A stretch of DNA of 64,000 nt from Camelus ferus. Taxonomy: Eukaryota. Numbering within the stretch: the first letter of the stretch is position 1; each line of letters begins with the position of its first letter. The translations under genes and the position numbers were made by a program. The stretch covers positions 47,990,001 through 48,054,000 of the forward strand of contig NC_045696.1 of the NCBI RefSeq assembly GCF_009834535.1. Direction: 5' to 3'. The notes under the pieces are model-generated. The model searched no databases. It was given only the letters and a program-made list of their open reading frames with translations, and was not told the DNA's origin. Below, one piece after another: positions 13,271 to 27,200 of the stretch.

Positions 13271-14689
13271 ATTTCTGGCATTTCTAATTCACCTAATGCA
13301 GGCCATCAGTTTATGCTTCCAAGGCATCTGAGTAGCTAGCACTGTCTCCTGAGGTCCTTACAGAGTATTAAATTCTGTATCACAGGATAGTGTTCCCATG
13401 TTGGTAGACTCTCCCATATCCAGCTTTATGTTCCATCCTTCTTTGTTCCAGCACCTATAGTTACAGGTCTACATGTGCTTTCCCAGACCCTGCTAGTGCG
13501 TGTGGCATGTGATCCACGTCTCAGGTAGCCTAGCTCAGGAATGCCTTGGTCTTGAAGGGAATCTGAGTTGTGTGTGTACCACTGCACCTTCGACAGGGAC
13601 CTTTTTATCACAGGGTCATCTTTTTGACAGCTATTTTTCTGCCTAGTGGACCACATTTATATAACAATAACAATAACAATAATAATAATAATAGCTCCAT
13701 TTATTGATTACCCACTGTATGCCATATGATGCATCCATCAATTTATGAATTATTAATTTTTACACCTATGCTTCAAGCTATTAATTATGGTTTTACAAAT
13801 ATGATAACTAAAGTTTAGTGATCTTGAATCACTCACTTATAGTTACACACACACAGCTAGTGTTTAAAGTGAGGTCAGCATAACTCCAAAACTCAAACTT
13901 CTTTGTTCTACATTGCTTAAGTTAAAGAACTTCATTTTTTAAAAATAAATTAATTATGGACCTAGTCTTCAATTACCAGGGTAGTAAGAAAAAAATACAA
14001 ATCTTGATTGGGGAGCTCCTCTTTCTTATGGATCTGTAAGACTTGAATTGGGTCACGTGGAGATGAGCAGGTGACCTGGTCTGTAGCCCACTGTGTCTTT
14101 ATCATTATCACTGGTTATCCTGTTGCATGATGCTTTTACATAGGTTGGTCTTGTGTCAGTTTCCTGGCAGGACTGTGCTGGGCCTGCTCAGAGATCTCCA
14201 TTGGAGTGGTCCTCCTGCTAGCCCACAGAGGACCTTAATGCTGCCCTGCAGGTCTAGACCTTTAGAGGCCGATCTCAGATATCCTCTGTCTCCCATCTGG
14301 GCCCCTGTGTGCAGCAGGGACACGGGTCTCCTCTACTTGCCAAAAATCCAACCACACCCAGCTCTAGTCTGAGGGACTCTCACCCTCTTATATCTTCCAG
14401 GCCACACTCTTCTGCTTCATCTTTCTTCCTCCCCTCAGATGAAATTCAGCCCAATTGCTTCATGAAAGGTTTTAGAAAACAGAAGTTAATTCTCTCTTAT
14501 GGTAAGAGATATTCTTAAATTCTAGAACTCAAAATCTTGATTGTTTTCTTGAAGGAGGAAAGAGAAAAACATACAAAATCACTCCAAGTCTTTTGAATCT
14601 TCTGCATCAGTGAGAACAAAGGCAATAAACCACAGATTAATATCTCAAATTATCCTGCCACAATTGCAATACCTTAAAATTTGGTAATC

Positions 14690-14925
14690 ATATTAGCTGC
14701 CATCTACTGAATGCATAGAATATAGCAGGCACTGTTCTAAGATTCTTTCTTGGTTAATTTTATTCTTACAACAACTCATGAAACAGATATTTCTGTTACA
14801 CCCATTTTATAGATGAGGATGCTGAGATTGGAAAGGTAAAGTAACTTGTGCTAAATCACTCAGCTCCTGAATGGTAGAGCCAAGACTTGAATCCCAGGCA
14901 ACTGATTCAAGAATTTCTGCTCATA
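14690..14925 (-). mobile_element. MIR SINE
   Basis: Core 'cccattttatagatgaggatgctgag...gtaacttgtgctaaatcactcagct'. Similar MIR remnants lie near 13.7, 16.6, 17.9, 36.5, 43.9, 50.9, 53.7, 57.9 and 61.1 kb. Confidence 0.75.
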
Positions 14926-15660
14926 AACAGTATGGTATATTGCCTCTCATATTAGCCAGATACAGCTACTAGAATCAAAGATAGTTTGCGGATTTGGCAA
15001 GAAGTGTTTTTGAGTCTACGTGTGACGCATCTTAGCTACGGCTCAAAAATTGAGAATTAAGTCCATTCTCACTGAAATTTCCACTGAACACTTGAAAGTC
15101 TTATGGTTGTATCTCTCTCCTAGAGAAATGTATGTTTTACATTTCTACTAGTAACTTTGTGAGACGAAACCTGTGCCTCACTATTATGTTTGCCAGGTGG
15201 TTTAGAGAGAAAGATGAGGGACTAAATCTATATATCTATATTTACCTATATCCATATTTACATGTCCATCTGTCATAAATTTTTTAAATGAAATTATTTT
15301 TGTTATTGGCAACCTAGTTCTTTATTACTGAAGTCACCATAAGTAAAAGTGCCTGATAAAAATCACAGACTCTTAGTCTCAAAATTCTTTTCACAATTGA
15401 CCAAAGCTATCACATAAAAAAGAAAAACGTCAGTATCAGGAGTTGCTTGTACTCGCATCTTATTCTGGTTATATTTTTGCAATGACTCCTTGGATAATGT
15501 TTGCTTCTAGGAGGGAGGGATAGATTATGAAAGAAGAAAAGCACTAAAAGATTTATTGATAACATGCATTTTTCTATATAACGTATATAAATTGCCTGGC
15601 ACAATGCGGGAACTCAATAAACATTAGTTAACTTTTTTACGTTCCCTAAGAGTGGGCTTC

Positions 15661-15740
15661 CTACTAGGCTGTACACCAGAAACCAACACAACATTGTAAA
15701 TCAACCATGCTTCAATTAAAAAAATTTAAAAAGAAAAAAG
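15661..15740 (+). mobile_element. Extreme 3' tip of an L1 with A tail
   Basis: 'gctgtacaccagaaaccaacacaacattgtaaatcaac...ttcaattaaaaaa' matches the 3' end at 56296-56360. Confidence 0.75.
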
Positions 15741-18269
15741 ATTCTTGGGATTTGAGTATTGAGGCTTTGACTTTTCCGTCAGATCTTGTCATTTATATTT
15801 TTTCTTGTTTCTCTATTTCTTTGCCCAACGTGTGGTTTGCTGTCACCTTGTTAGAGATTGTATGAGAACAAGCTCATGTCTGTAAAGCGATCTCTGGAGC
15901 TTGTTGGGTTTTCTGCCATTATTTACTGCTTCCATAGGTGACTGAAGGCTGTGGCTGGTCACAGGGACTCTTCAAGGTTATTGGGATGTCGTTCACTCAG
16001 CTGGGAAGGTCTTTGTGTTCCTCTGACTTATTCTGGCTGTTTTCCTCACCTTATAGCTGGAAGCTTGTCTTAGTCAATCATTAGCATAAAGGTGTTCAGA
16101 GTTAATGATGAGTAAACAATATACATTCTATGCGTTTTACAGGTAATTACCTTTCTTTTGCTTCTTAGGTGGAACAGTCTGACTGTGCTCACAACTGTTA
16201 TTTGAATACATTTAAAAAATTGCTTTGGTCATTATTTCAGGCACTTGTAAAGTTGCCCCCTAAGAATTCTGCTAAAAGGTCTGCGCATTTAGATTCATGG
16301 CAGTGCTTCTGGGCATTCTCCTGTTTGAGAAAAAACATAAATACCTGCCACGGAGCAATGGGCAGTTTTGGAAAGTAATGATCACTCTGTTCCGATCAAT
16401 CTTATGGAAGTCCACTGTTTAATTCTCTGGTCAGAAGCAGTCACATGCAGAAGACACAGATAATCCCTTTAGCAGGAAAGGCTGCTTCCTGACTATGCTG
16501 CTCCATTCAGTAGGTCTCATTTGCAGGAGAAGACTTAGGTGCTTGGCTTTCTCTGCATTGTTTGTACTGCTCTATTAGGAAAGCAGTACAGCACTTTGGT
16601 TAAGAGCAGTGATTTTTGACCTTCCATAAAACGGGGTCAGATCCTGCCTTCTATCTTTAAACTGTGTGAATGTCAGTCAAATCTCTTAAGTGCTTTGAGC
16701 TTCAACTTCCTCATCTATTTAGTCCTTAATGCAGTGTCATCTTGCAAGTTAAATGACCAGCTCTTAGACACAGATGGCTACAGAACAAACTCTTAGATGG
16801 CCTGACTATTAAGACCAATTTTTCATTTTCATCTGCAAAAATGTTCTGCAGTTGTTTCCCAAGTGTTTTATGTTCCACATTAGAATGTAAATCCCTACAG
16901 CTTCAAGTAGGTGTTCAGTATGGTCCATGTCCCTAGATGGGGAAATTGATGCAAAGCAGGTATGAAGTAAATTGTAGATCCTGCGCTGTGACTGCTTCTT
17001 CTCACAGTTGTGTTGGGTTACTTTGAGACCCCCACCTTCTCTTACCAGGTTGCTGCTGCAATGAAGGACAAGTATTTGACAGAATGCTGGTTTGAGATAG
17101 GAGTGCTGATGGAATTGGATTTTTTCATTTCACGAAGCCAGTTGGTTGAAACTAGAGCCCTATTCTCATTAGATCCACATTCTGTCTAGTGATTGAACCA
17201 TTGCTTTCTGAAAGCTGTCTCCTTTGTTACAAGTTCAACTGCACAAAAAAAGGCTAGAGCTGGAAAAGTGATTACAGTCCATGAGTTCAAGGAGGCCACC
17301 AAAGGATTCTGACTGAGCTCTCTTTTTTGTTCATGACTAGCTGCTGAGTTTTGGAGGCTTAAAATATTATGTAGTTTCTCAGACTGGTGAAAATCAGGTG
17401 AATTATAACTTTAAATTAGCTGGATGATAGGATGAAATCTTTTTTTGATATTTTGTTTTCATTTTCAATTTTTCTATTTCTAGACAAACTCTAATCATAT
17501 AGAAGGAACTGAATTTTTCTTTTCTTTTTTTTAATACAAGAATAGAAGTGTCCAAAACTAAAAACCATGGACAAAGATACTCTCCTGTACCTTGTTGATT
17601 CTGACCAAAAAGCCAAAAAAATTCAAATAACCAATAAACACAGTATTTATTGAATTACCACTCTCTGAGATTGAAGTGGATTCTCTATAAGACAGACCTT
17701 CTTAGCTTATTGCCAAGATCTCTCAGTTTCTCAGGCATATTAATAGTTTTCATCCATGAGTTCCTGTTTGTTATGCATATTATATACATATACATATGCA
17801 TATATGACTTATGCAATGATTTATATGTGAAGTGTGATCAGTAACTGTTGGCTCTTGCTGTTACCTGTACTTTTATTGAATTCTCTCAGTATGTATTATG
17901 AATATTAATTAAATGAAATATTATTAGCTCCACTTAACAAATGTGAACACTGAGACTGAGAGAGGTTAAATAACTTGTCTGCCCAAGAACTCTCACTGAG
18001 TAAATGGGCAAGATGCAATGCATCACAAGTCTTTATTATGGCAAAGTGCATACTCTTAGCTCCTACGCTCTACAAATTCATGAACCAGCATTTGAATTGG
18101 TAAATTTTTCCTAGTTCAGGATCTGGTCCTCAGTTCTATACGCTCAAAAATATGGTCTGTCAGCACACCAAGAGTGGGCTTACTAACCAGGTTTACAGAG
18201 ACAATGCATAAGGCAGAGAATTTTTTTTTCTTAATTTGACATTTCTGTGAGTCAGTTCTTTTTTCTACG

Positions 18270-18800
18270 GAAAGTTGCAAAAGCCCAAACAACACAAGCC
18301 TGTTCATGCAAAATAGAATACAACAATACAAAAATTGCTGGCTTCCATAATTGAAAGAACAGTGATGTCTTCAGGGACAACTGGATTCAGATATTTAGAT
18401 TAAGTAGCATAGATACTAAGCTAGCTCTTGCCATTGTTTTCCTCTGCATTTACTTTATTCTTAGGCAAGTAAATATGGCAAAGTTGGCTATAGAACTCCA
18501 GGCCTATGTTCTAGCAGTCTAGCAACTCTAGCAGAATGTCTCTTTCCAAATATTTACAAATGGTTCTAGCAAAAGTCCCAGGGCTGATTCTCATTGGTCT
18601 AGTTTTGGTCACTTCTCATCACTAAACCAATCACAGAAACTTGGATTTATCTAGGCTTCAGTCATGTTCCTACTTCTGTATCTGGAAGTTTGGAAGTTGA
18701 ATCATCTTTTCACAACATGGTTTAAGGGAAATAAAAATGCTCTCAGCAAAAGAAGCCTGAATGAATACCAGCTAGACAAAAAGAACAGGTGCCCATACAG
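18270..18800. mobile_element. MaLR MLT1-like LTR
   Basis: 'aaaagtcccagggctgattctcattggtc...ggtcacttctcatcactaaaccaatcac' is typical of old MLT1. Confidence 0.55.
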
Positions 18801-19117
18801 TCTGTCACACAGTCTGATATACTTAGCTTGAGGAGGGGATTTTCCCAGCTGAGAAGTTTTAAATGGAAAGCTAAATTAAAACCAGAGGTTGTTTCGTGGG
18901 TATGGAATTGGAACACAGATCCATAGATGGTTTGAGGTAAAATTGTGTTGAGCTGTGATAGCTGAAAAGTCTCCCTAACGAGGTCATGCTTGGAATAGCT
19001 TTCAGGAAGGTGGAGTCTGTGGATCAGGAAAGAGCTCCCTCTTCACTCCCAGTAGTGCTGGGACTACTTGCCACCTTTTGCCTCTTTGTTCTACCGATTT
19101 CTATGCTCCATGCTAAC

Positions 19118-19677
19118 TGTATTAGTGAGAGTTCTCCAGAGAAACAGACGCAGTGGAAGGTATATATTTATATTTGTACATATAAAGAGAATTATTATAA
19201 AGAATTGGCTCCTGCAATTACGGAGGCTGAAAAGTCCCAAGATCTGCAGCATGAGTTGGCAAGCTTGGGATCCAGGAACGCCAGTGATTTTGTTTCAATA
19301 CAAGTCCAAAAGGCTGAGAACTAGGAAAACCTCTGGTGTAGTTCCAACCTGAAGCCTGGCAGGCTCAAGACCTAGGAGGAGCCAATGTTTCAGTTCAAAT
19401 CCACAGGCAGGAACAAGCCAATGTCTTCATTTGAAAGCAGGCAGGTAGGAGAATTTTCTCTTACTTAGGGGATGGTCAGCCATTTTGTTCTATTCAAATT
19501 TTTAACTGATTGGAACGAGGCCCAATTAGGAAGGGCAATCTGCTTTACTCAATTTACCAATTTAAGTATTAATCTTATCTCAAAATATCCTCAGGGAAAC
19601 ACCAACAATTATGTTTGATCAAATGTCTGGGCATCTCATTGCTCAGTCAGGTTGACAAGCAAAAATTAACCATTAAA
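19118..19677 (-). mobile_element. MLT2-like (ERVL) solo LTR
   Basis: Runs TGTATTAGT...ttctccagagaaacaga to ...aaaattaaccattaaa. 5-bp TSD CTAAC at 19113-19117 and 19678-19682. Confidence 0.85.
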
Positions 19678-20452
19678 CTAACCATTCCCCTTTTCTTTAT
19701 AGACACAAAAAAGTTGTGCAGGCGTCCACTTACTAAATAATAATGATTTCCCATACTCTCTTTCTAAGATTAGAAACAAAGCAACTTGTTTGCAATTTTG
19801 AATGTCTGCTCTTTAACAGATACTTTATAAGTGTGCTCTTGGTTTACTCACATGTGTGACTCTCTCTGGAGTTTGTAATATTTAATTCATAGAATGCATT
19901 ACTTATTTCCAAGATTTCAGAAGTCCTCATGGTAAAAACCATAATTAGTTTGTATTAAATGAGATAATAAGTGCTGGGTGAGGGTAGGGGTATACGTACA
20001 CTGCAGAACTCAAAGAATAACTGTACTCAAGGACTTCAAATCTAGTCAGTAGACAAGATAGCTGCCAGTGAAATTATTGGTAAGTGATCAAATATAATCT
20101 AACAATATGGTTAAAATTCTCATATTAAGTAAGTAACTTAATAATGGTGTTGATAAATGAGTTCTTTTTTTTTTTATACCATTTGTGGATCATGTACATT
20201 GAAAAATATTTTTAAAGATGTAACTATTTTCATTAATTTAGACTTGAAACATTCCCATATTATTTTCTTAGGAACATAATGAAAAAATTGTTTATTTTTA
20301 TCAAAAACATAATGGCAGTTACCTCTTTGGGGAGGGAAAGAGAAGGTCTGGGCTCAAGAAGAGGAACATGGATAAGGTTCAGAGATGTTTGTTTTATTAT
20401 TGTACTTTATAGCTTATATGCTATTTATATTTTGTACTAAAATTATGTACTT

Positions 20453-20557
20453 AAAATATATATATACTTTTTCAGATTATTTCCATTATATGTTATTACA
20501 AGATATTGAATATAGTTCCCTGTACTATACAATATGTTCTTGTTTATCTATTTTATA
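20453..20557 (-). mobile_element. Short internal L1 3' UTR fragment with TSD
   Basis: Matches the reverse complement of 56160-56270. Flanked by TAAAATTAT(G/A)TACTT at 20438-20452 and 20558-20572. Confidence 0.7.
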
Positions 20558-21441
20558 TAAAATTATATACTTTTAAATAGCTTTATTAAGTTAGAGTTGA
20601 CCTAAAATAAACCACATATTTAGCATTTATATAGGTGTCAACGCCTGAATATACTTAGTAAAACCACAGCTACAATAAACTTAGTGAACAGATCATCACC
20701 CCAATAGTTTACTTCTGTCCATTTTAATCTCTTCCTTCTGCCCTTCTCTGTTCTGATCTGCTTTCTGTCACTAGATTAGATTTCATTTTCTTCATACATA
20801 CATATATACTAATTTTGTTTTTGATAAGAAGGTCTGACTTTCTTCATTCAGAATAATTGTTTTGAAATTTATCCATATTGAAATGTACCAATAGTTGACT
20901 CTTCTCCTTTGTTGAGTAGTATTCTGTCATATGTGTGTACAACAATTGGTTTATCCATTCACCTGTTAATAGATATTTGGGTTGTTTCTAGTTACAAATA
21001 AAGCTAATAGGAACATTTATGTACAGATCTTTTATGGAAATATGCTTCCATTTCTCTTGGATAAATACCTAAGAGTGAAATATTTATCTCATATTGTAGA
21101 AATACAGTTTCACTTTATAAGGAAACTACCATATTGTCTTCCATTATGGGTGTATCATTTTCCATTTCCACCAGCTGTGTATGGGACTTCCAGTTGCTTC
21201 CACATGCTCACAAACACTTGGTAATGTCAGGCTTAAATTTCAGACATTCTAATAGAGAGATAGTAGAATTTCATTATAATTTAAAGTGCATTTCCCTGTG
21301 ATATGCTTTTATGACATCCATATATATATTTTTGTGCTGTTCAAATCTTTTGCCCATTTTAAAGCGGATTATTTTTTATTGAGTTTTGAGGGATATATTA
21401 CTTGAAAATATTTTTCCTAGTCCATGACTTGCCATTTTCAT

Positions 21442-21578
21442 CTTTTTCTTTTTTGGGGGGGAAGGAGGAGGTAATTAGGCTTATTTACTTATTTATTTTT
21501 AATGGAGGTGCTGGGGATTGAACTCAGGACCTTGTGCATGCTAAGCACCAGCTCTACCACTGAGCTAAACCCTTCCCC
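21442..21578 (-). mobile_element. tRNA-Ala-derived SINE (vic-1-like)
   Basis: Reverse complement of the 4709 element, with A/B boxes and the 'cctaattacctcc' tail motif. Confidence 0.9.
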
Positions 21579-23947
21579 TAACCTTTTTATTTTCTTAGTG
21601 CCTTCCATGGAGCAGAAGTTCTTAATTTTTATGAAGTCCACTTTATCAATGTTTTCTTTCATGGATTGTGCTTTTGGTATTGTACCTAGCAAACTGTTGC
21701 CTAATCCAAGGTTACACAGATTTTCTCCTATGTTTTCTAATAGAATTTTTATAATTCTAGATTTTACATTTAGGTCTATTATTAATTTTGAGTTAATTGT
21801 TATATATGGTATGATTAAAATTTATTTTTGGCATATGTATATATATTTTGCATATATGTATTTGCATGTGTAATTGATCCAGCATTGTTTTTAGAAAATA
21901 TTGTGCTTTCTCTGCTGAATTTTCTTTGCAACTCTTTTCAAAATTAATTGACTATATATAAGGGAGACTTTTCTGGACTAAATTCTATTAAATTAGATCA
22001 ATTTGTTTATTCAAATACCATTAACATACTATCTTGATTAACGTAGCTTTATAGTATATCCTGTAATTAAGTTTTCCAACTTTATTCTGCTTTTTCAAGG
22101 TTGTTTTGGCTTTTCTAGGTCCTTTGTATTTCTAAATGTTTTTATGATTCAGCTTGTCAGTTTTTACAAATATAGGCTGCTCTGATTTTGATTGGATTGC
22201 ATTATATTTATACATTAATTAGAGGATAATTAACATTTAACAATATTTAGTCTTTTGATACATGAGTATGATATATCACTTAGTTGATTTGTCTTTAATT
22301 TCTCTCAGCAATAATTTGAAGTTTTATTGTCCATATTTTACACCTATTTTGTCAGATGTTCCTAAGTATTTTATATTTTTGATGCTATTTTAAATTGCAT
22401 TAAAATTTCAAAGTCAGATTTTTACTAGTATATACAAAACACCTGATTTTTGTCTATTCACCTTATATAACTGATTTATTAGTTCTAGTAGCATTTTTGT
22501 GGATTCCATCAGACTTTCTACAAAGGCAGTATGTAGTTTGTGTACACAGACAGGTTTACTTCTTATTTTTTAATATGGCTGTTATTTACTCATTTACTTT
22601 TCTTGATTTACAGCACTGTGTAAAACCTGTAAAATATTTTAAAATCACTTTACTGAGATATGATTGACATAGAAAAAGCTGTAGATGTTTAATGTATACA
22701 ACTTGATGTGTTTGGAGATTAGTATATTACCTGTCATTACTATCAATGCCATAAATGTATCCATCACCTCCACTGTTTCTTCCCAGCCACTTGTTGTTTT
22801 TTCACTTTTGGGATAAGAGCACTTAACATAATATCTACCATCTTAGCACATTTTAAAGTGTACATTACAGTGTTGTTAATTATAGGACCTATGTCGTACA
22901 GTTGTACTCCAAAACATTTATTTTGCACAGCTAAAGCTTGATCCCCTTTGACCAACACCTCCCCATTTCCCCCACCCTCAAGTCTCTGGCAACCACCAGT
23001 CTAACTGCTTCTACATGTAAGTGAAATAATGCAGTAGTTGTCTTTCTGTGTCTGACTTATCTCACTTAGCATAATGTCCTCCAGGTTCATCCATGTTGTT
23101 GCAAATGGCAGGACTGCCTTTTTTAAGGCTGAATAATATTCCATTGCACATCCTTTATCTGTTCATCCATCGATGGACATTTAGGTTGTTTTCATATCTT
23201 GATTACTGTGAATAATGCTGCAGTGAACATAGGAATGAAATATCTCTGAGATCCAGATTTCAATTCTTTTGGATACATACCCAGAAATGGGATTATTGGA
23301 TCATATGGTAGTTCTGTTTTTCATTTTTCAAGGAACCTCCATAATGTTTGCCATAGTGATTATACCAATTTACATTCCTTCCAGTGGTGTTCAAGTGTTC
23401 CCTTTTCTCCAAATCCTCATCAGTAGTTGTTGCCTTTTGGTTTTTTTTTTTTGATAACAGCCATCCTAACAGGTGCAAGGTGATTTCTCATTGTGATTTT
23501 GATTTGCATTTCCCTGATAATTAGTGATGTTGAGCACATTTTCATACACCTGTTGGAAATTGTATGTATTCTTTGAACAAATATTTGTTTGGGTGCTTTA
23601 CTCAATTTTTAATTGTTTTCTTTGTGTTTTTTCCCTTCCTACTAAATTGTTTGAGTTCCTTATATATTTTATTATTTTTCTTTTTCCTTATATACTTTAG
23701 ATATCAATTCCTTATCAGCTATATAGTCTGCAAATATTTTCTCCCATTCTCTAGGTTGCCTTTTCACGTTGTTGATTATTTCTTTTGCTCTACAGAAGCT
23801 TTTTAGTTTGATGTAGTCCCATTTGTTTATTTTTGCTTCTGTTGCCTATGTTTTTGGTGTCATATCCAAGAAATTATTGTCCAGTCCAATGTCTTTAGGC
23901 TTTTTCCTTCTGTCTTCTTCTAAGAGTTTTTTTTTTTTTTAACATTT

Positions 23948-23953
23948 TTTATT
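23948..23953 (-). terminator. L1 polyadenylation signal AATAAA
   Basis: TTTATT on the + strand, 7 nt from the poly(T) run. Confidence 0.8.
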
Positions 23954-24254
23954 GATTTATAATCATTTTACAATGTTGTGTCAAATTCCAGTGTTCAGCA
24001 CAATTTTTCAGTTATTCATGGACATATACACACTCATTGTCACATTTTTTTCTCTGTGAGTTATCATAACATTTTGTGTATATTTCCCTGTGCTATACAG
24101 TGTAGTCTATTCTACAATTTTGAAATCCCAGTCTATCCCTTCCCACCCTCCACCCCCCTGGTAACCACAAGTCTGTATTCTCTGTCTGTGAGTCTATTTC
24201 TGTCCTTTATTTACGCTTTGTTTTTGTTTGTTTGTTTGTTTTTGTTTTTGTTTT

Positions 24255-27200
24255 TTAGATTCCACATATGAGCGATCTCATATGGTATTTTTCTTTCTCT
24301 TTCTGGCTTACTTCACTTAGAATGACATTCTCCAGGAGCATCCGTGTTGCTGCAAATGGCATTATGTTGTCAGTTTTTATGGCTGAGTAGTATTCCATTG
24401 TATAAATATACCACTTCTTCTTTATCCAGTCACCTGTTGATGGACATTTAGGCTGTTTCCGTGTTTTGGCTATTGTAAATAGTGCTGCTATGAACATTGG
24501 GGTGCAGGTGTCATCCTGAAGTAGATTTCCTTCTGGATACAAGCCCAGGAGTGGGATTCCTGGGTCATATGGTAAGTCTATTCCTAGTCTTTTGAGGAAT
24601 CTCCACACTGTTTTCCATAGTGGCTGCACCAAACTGCATTCCCACCAGCAGTGTAGGAGGGTTCCCCTTTCTCCACAGCCTCTCCAGCATTTGTCATTTG
24701 TGGATTTTTGAATGACGGCCATTCTGACTGGTGTGAGGTGATACCTCATTGTAGTTTTGATTTGCATTTCTCTGATAATTAGTGATATTGAGCATTTTTT
24801 CATGTGCTTTTTGATCATTTGTATGTCTTCCTTGGAGAATTGCTTGTTTAGGTCTTCTGCCCATTTTTGGATTGGGTTGTTTATTTTTTTCTTATTGAGT
24901 CGTATGAGCTGCTTATATATTCTGGAGATCAAGCCTTTGTCGGTTTCACTTGCAAAAATTTTCTCCCATTCCGTAGGTTTTCTTCTTGTTTTATTTCTGG
25001 TTTCCTTTGCTGTGCAGAAGCTTGTAAGTTTCATTAGGTCCCATTTGTTTATTCTTGCTTTTATTTCTTCTAGGAGAAAATTTTTGAGATGTATGTCAGA
25101 TAATGTTTTGCTTATGTTTTCCTCTAGGAGGTTTATTGTATCTTGTCTTATGTTTAAGTCTTTAATCCATTTTGAGTTGATTTTTGTATATGGTGTAAGG
25201 GAGTGTTCTAGCTTCATTGTTTTACATGCTGCTGTCCAGTTTTCCCAACACCATTTGCTGAAGAGACTGTCTTTATTCCAATGTATATTCTTGCCTCCTT
25301 TGTCAAAGATGAGTTGACCAAAAGTTTGTGGGTTCATTTCTGGGCTCTCTATTCTGTTCCATTGGTCTATATGTCTGTTTTGGTACCAATACCATGCTGT
25401 CTTGATGACTGTAGCTCTATAGTATTGTCTGAAGTCTGGGAGAGTTATTCCTCCAGCCTCTTTCTTTCTCTTCAGTAATGCTTTGGCAATTCTAGGTCTT
25501 TGATGGTTCCATATGAATTTTATTATGATTTTTTCTAGTTCTGTGAAATATGTCCTGGGTAATTGGATAGGGATTGCATTAAATCTGTAGATTGCCTTGG
25601 GCAGTGTGACCATTTTAACAATATTGATTCTTCCAATCCAAGAGCATGGAATATCTTTCCATTTTTTAAAGTCTTCTTTAATTTCCTTCATCAATGGTTT
25701 ATAGTTTTCTGTGTATAATTCTTTCACCTCCTTGGTTAGATTTATTCCCAGATATTTTATTACTTTGGATGCTATTTTAAAGGGGATTGTTTCTTTACTT
25801 TCTTCTTCTGTTGATTTATCGTTAGTGTAAAGAAATGCAACTGATTTTTGAACGTTAATTTTGTAACCTGCTACCTTGCTGAATTCTTCAATCAGCTCTG
25901 GTAGCTTTTGTGTGGACCTTTTAGGGTTTTCTATATATAGTAACATGTCATCAGCATATAATGACACTTTTACCTCTTCTTTTCCAATTTGGATCCCTTT
26001 TATTTCTTTCTCTTGCCTGACTGCTGTGGCTAGGACTTCCAGGACTATGTTGAATAGGAGTGGTGATAGTGGGCATCCTTGTCTTGTCCCAGATTTTAGT
26101 GGGAAGCTTTTGAGTTTTTCACCGTTGAGTACTATGCTGGCTGTAGGTTTGTCATATATAGCTTTTATTATGTTGAGATATGTTCCCTCTATACCCACTT
26201 TGGGGAGAGTTTTTATCATAAATGGGTGTTGAATTTTATCAAATGCTTTTTCTGCATCGATTGAGATGATCATGTGGTTTTTGTCCTTTCTCTTGTTGAT
26301 GTGATGTATTACACTGATTGATTTGCGTATGTTGAACCAGCCTTGTGTCCCTGGGATGAACCCCACTTGGTCATGATGTATAATCTTTTTTATGTGTTGT
26401 TGGATTCTATTTGCTAAAATTTTGGTGAGGATTTTGGCGTCTATGTTCATCAGTGATATTGGCCTATAATTCTCTTTTTTTGTAGTGTCTTTGCCTGGTT
26501 TTGGTATCAGGGTGATGGTAGCTTCATAGAATGAGTTTGGGAGTAATCCCTCCTTTTCAGTCGTCTGGAAGAGTTTGAGAAGGACTGGTATGAGTTCTTC
26601 TTTGTATGTTTGGTAGAATTCCCCAGTGAAGCCGTCCGGTCCTGGACTTTTATTTGTAGGGAGGTTTTTAATTGGTATTTCTATTTCCTTTCTAGTGATT
26701 GGATTGTTCAAGTGTTCAGATTCTTCTTGATTCAGTTTTGGTGGACAGTATGTTTCCAGAAACTTGTCCATCTCCTCTAGGTTATCCAGTTTGGTTCCAT
26801 ATAGTTTTGCATAATATTCTCGTATGATATTCTGTATTTCTGTTTTGTTTGTTGTAATTTCTCCATTTTCCTTTCTTATTTTGCTAATTTGTGCTCTCTC
26901 TTTTTTCTTCTTTGTGAGTTTGGCCAGAGGTTTGTCGATTTTATTTACTTTTTCAAAAAACCAGCTTTTGGTTTGGTTGATTTTTTCTATGGTCTTGTTA
27001 ATCTCTATTGTATTTAATTCCTCTCTGATCTTTATTATTTCCTTCCTTCTGCTGCTTTTTGGGGCTTTTTGTTCTTCTTTTTCTAATTCATTCAGGTGGT
27101 GGGTTAAATTGTTTATTTGAGATTGTTCTTCTTTTTTGAGGAAGGCCTGTATCGCTATAAACTTCCCTCTTAGCACTGCCTTTGCTGTGTCCCATAGGTT

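Noticed and set aside
16563..16590. 9-bp inverted repeat TGTACTGCT/AGCAGTACA
   Set aside because: Too short to be more than chance in 64 kb.
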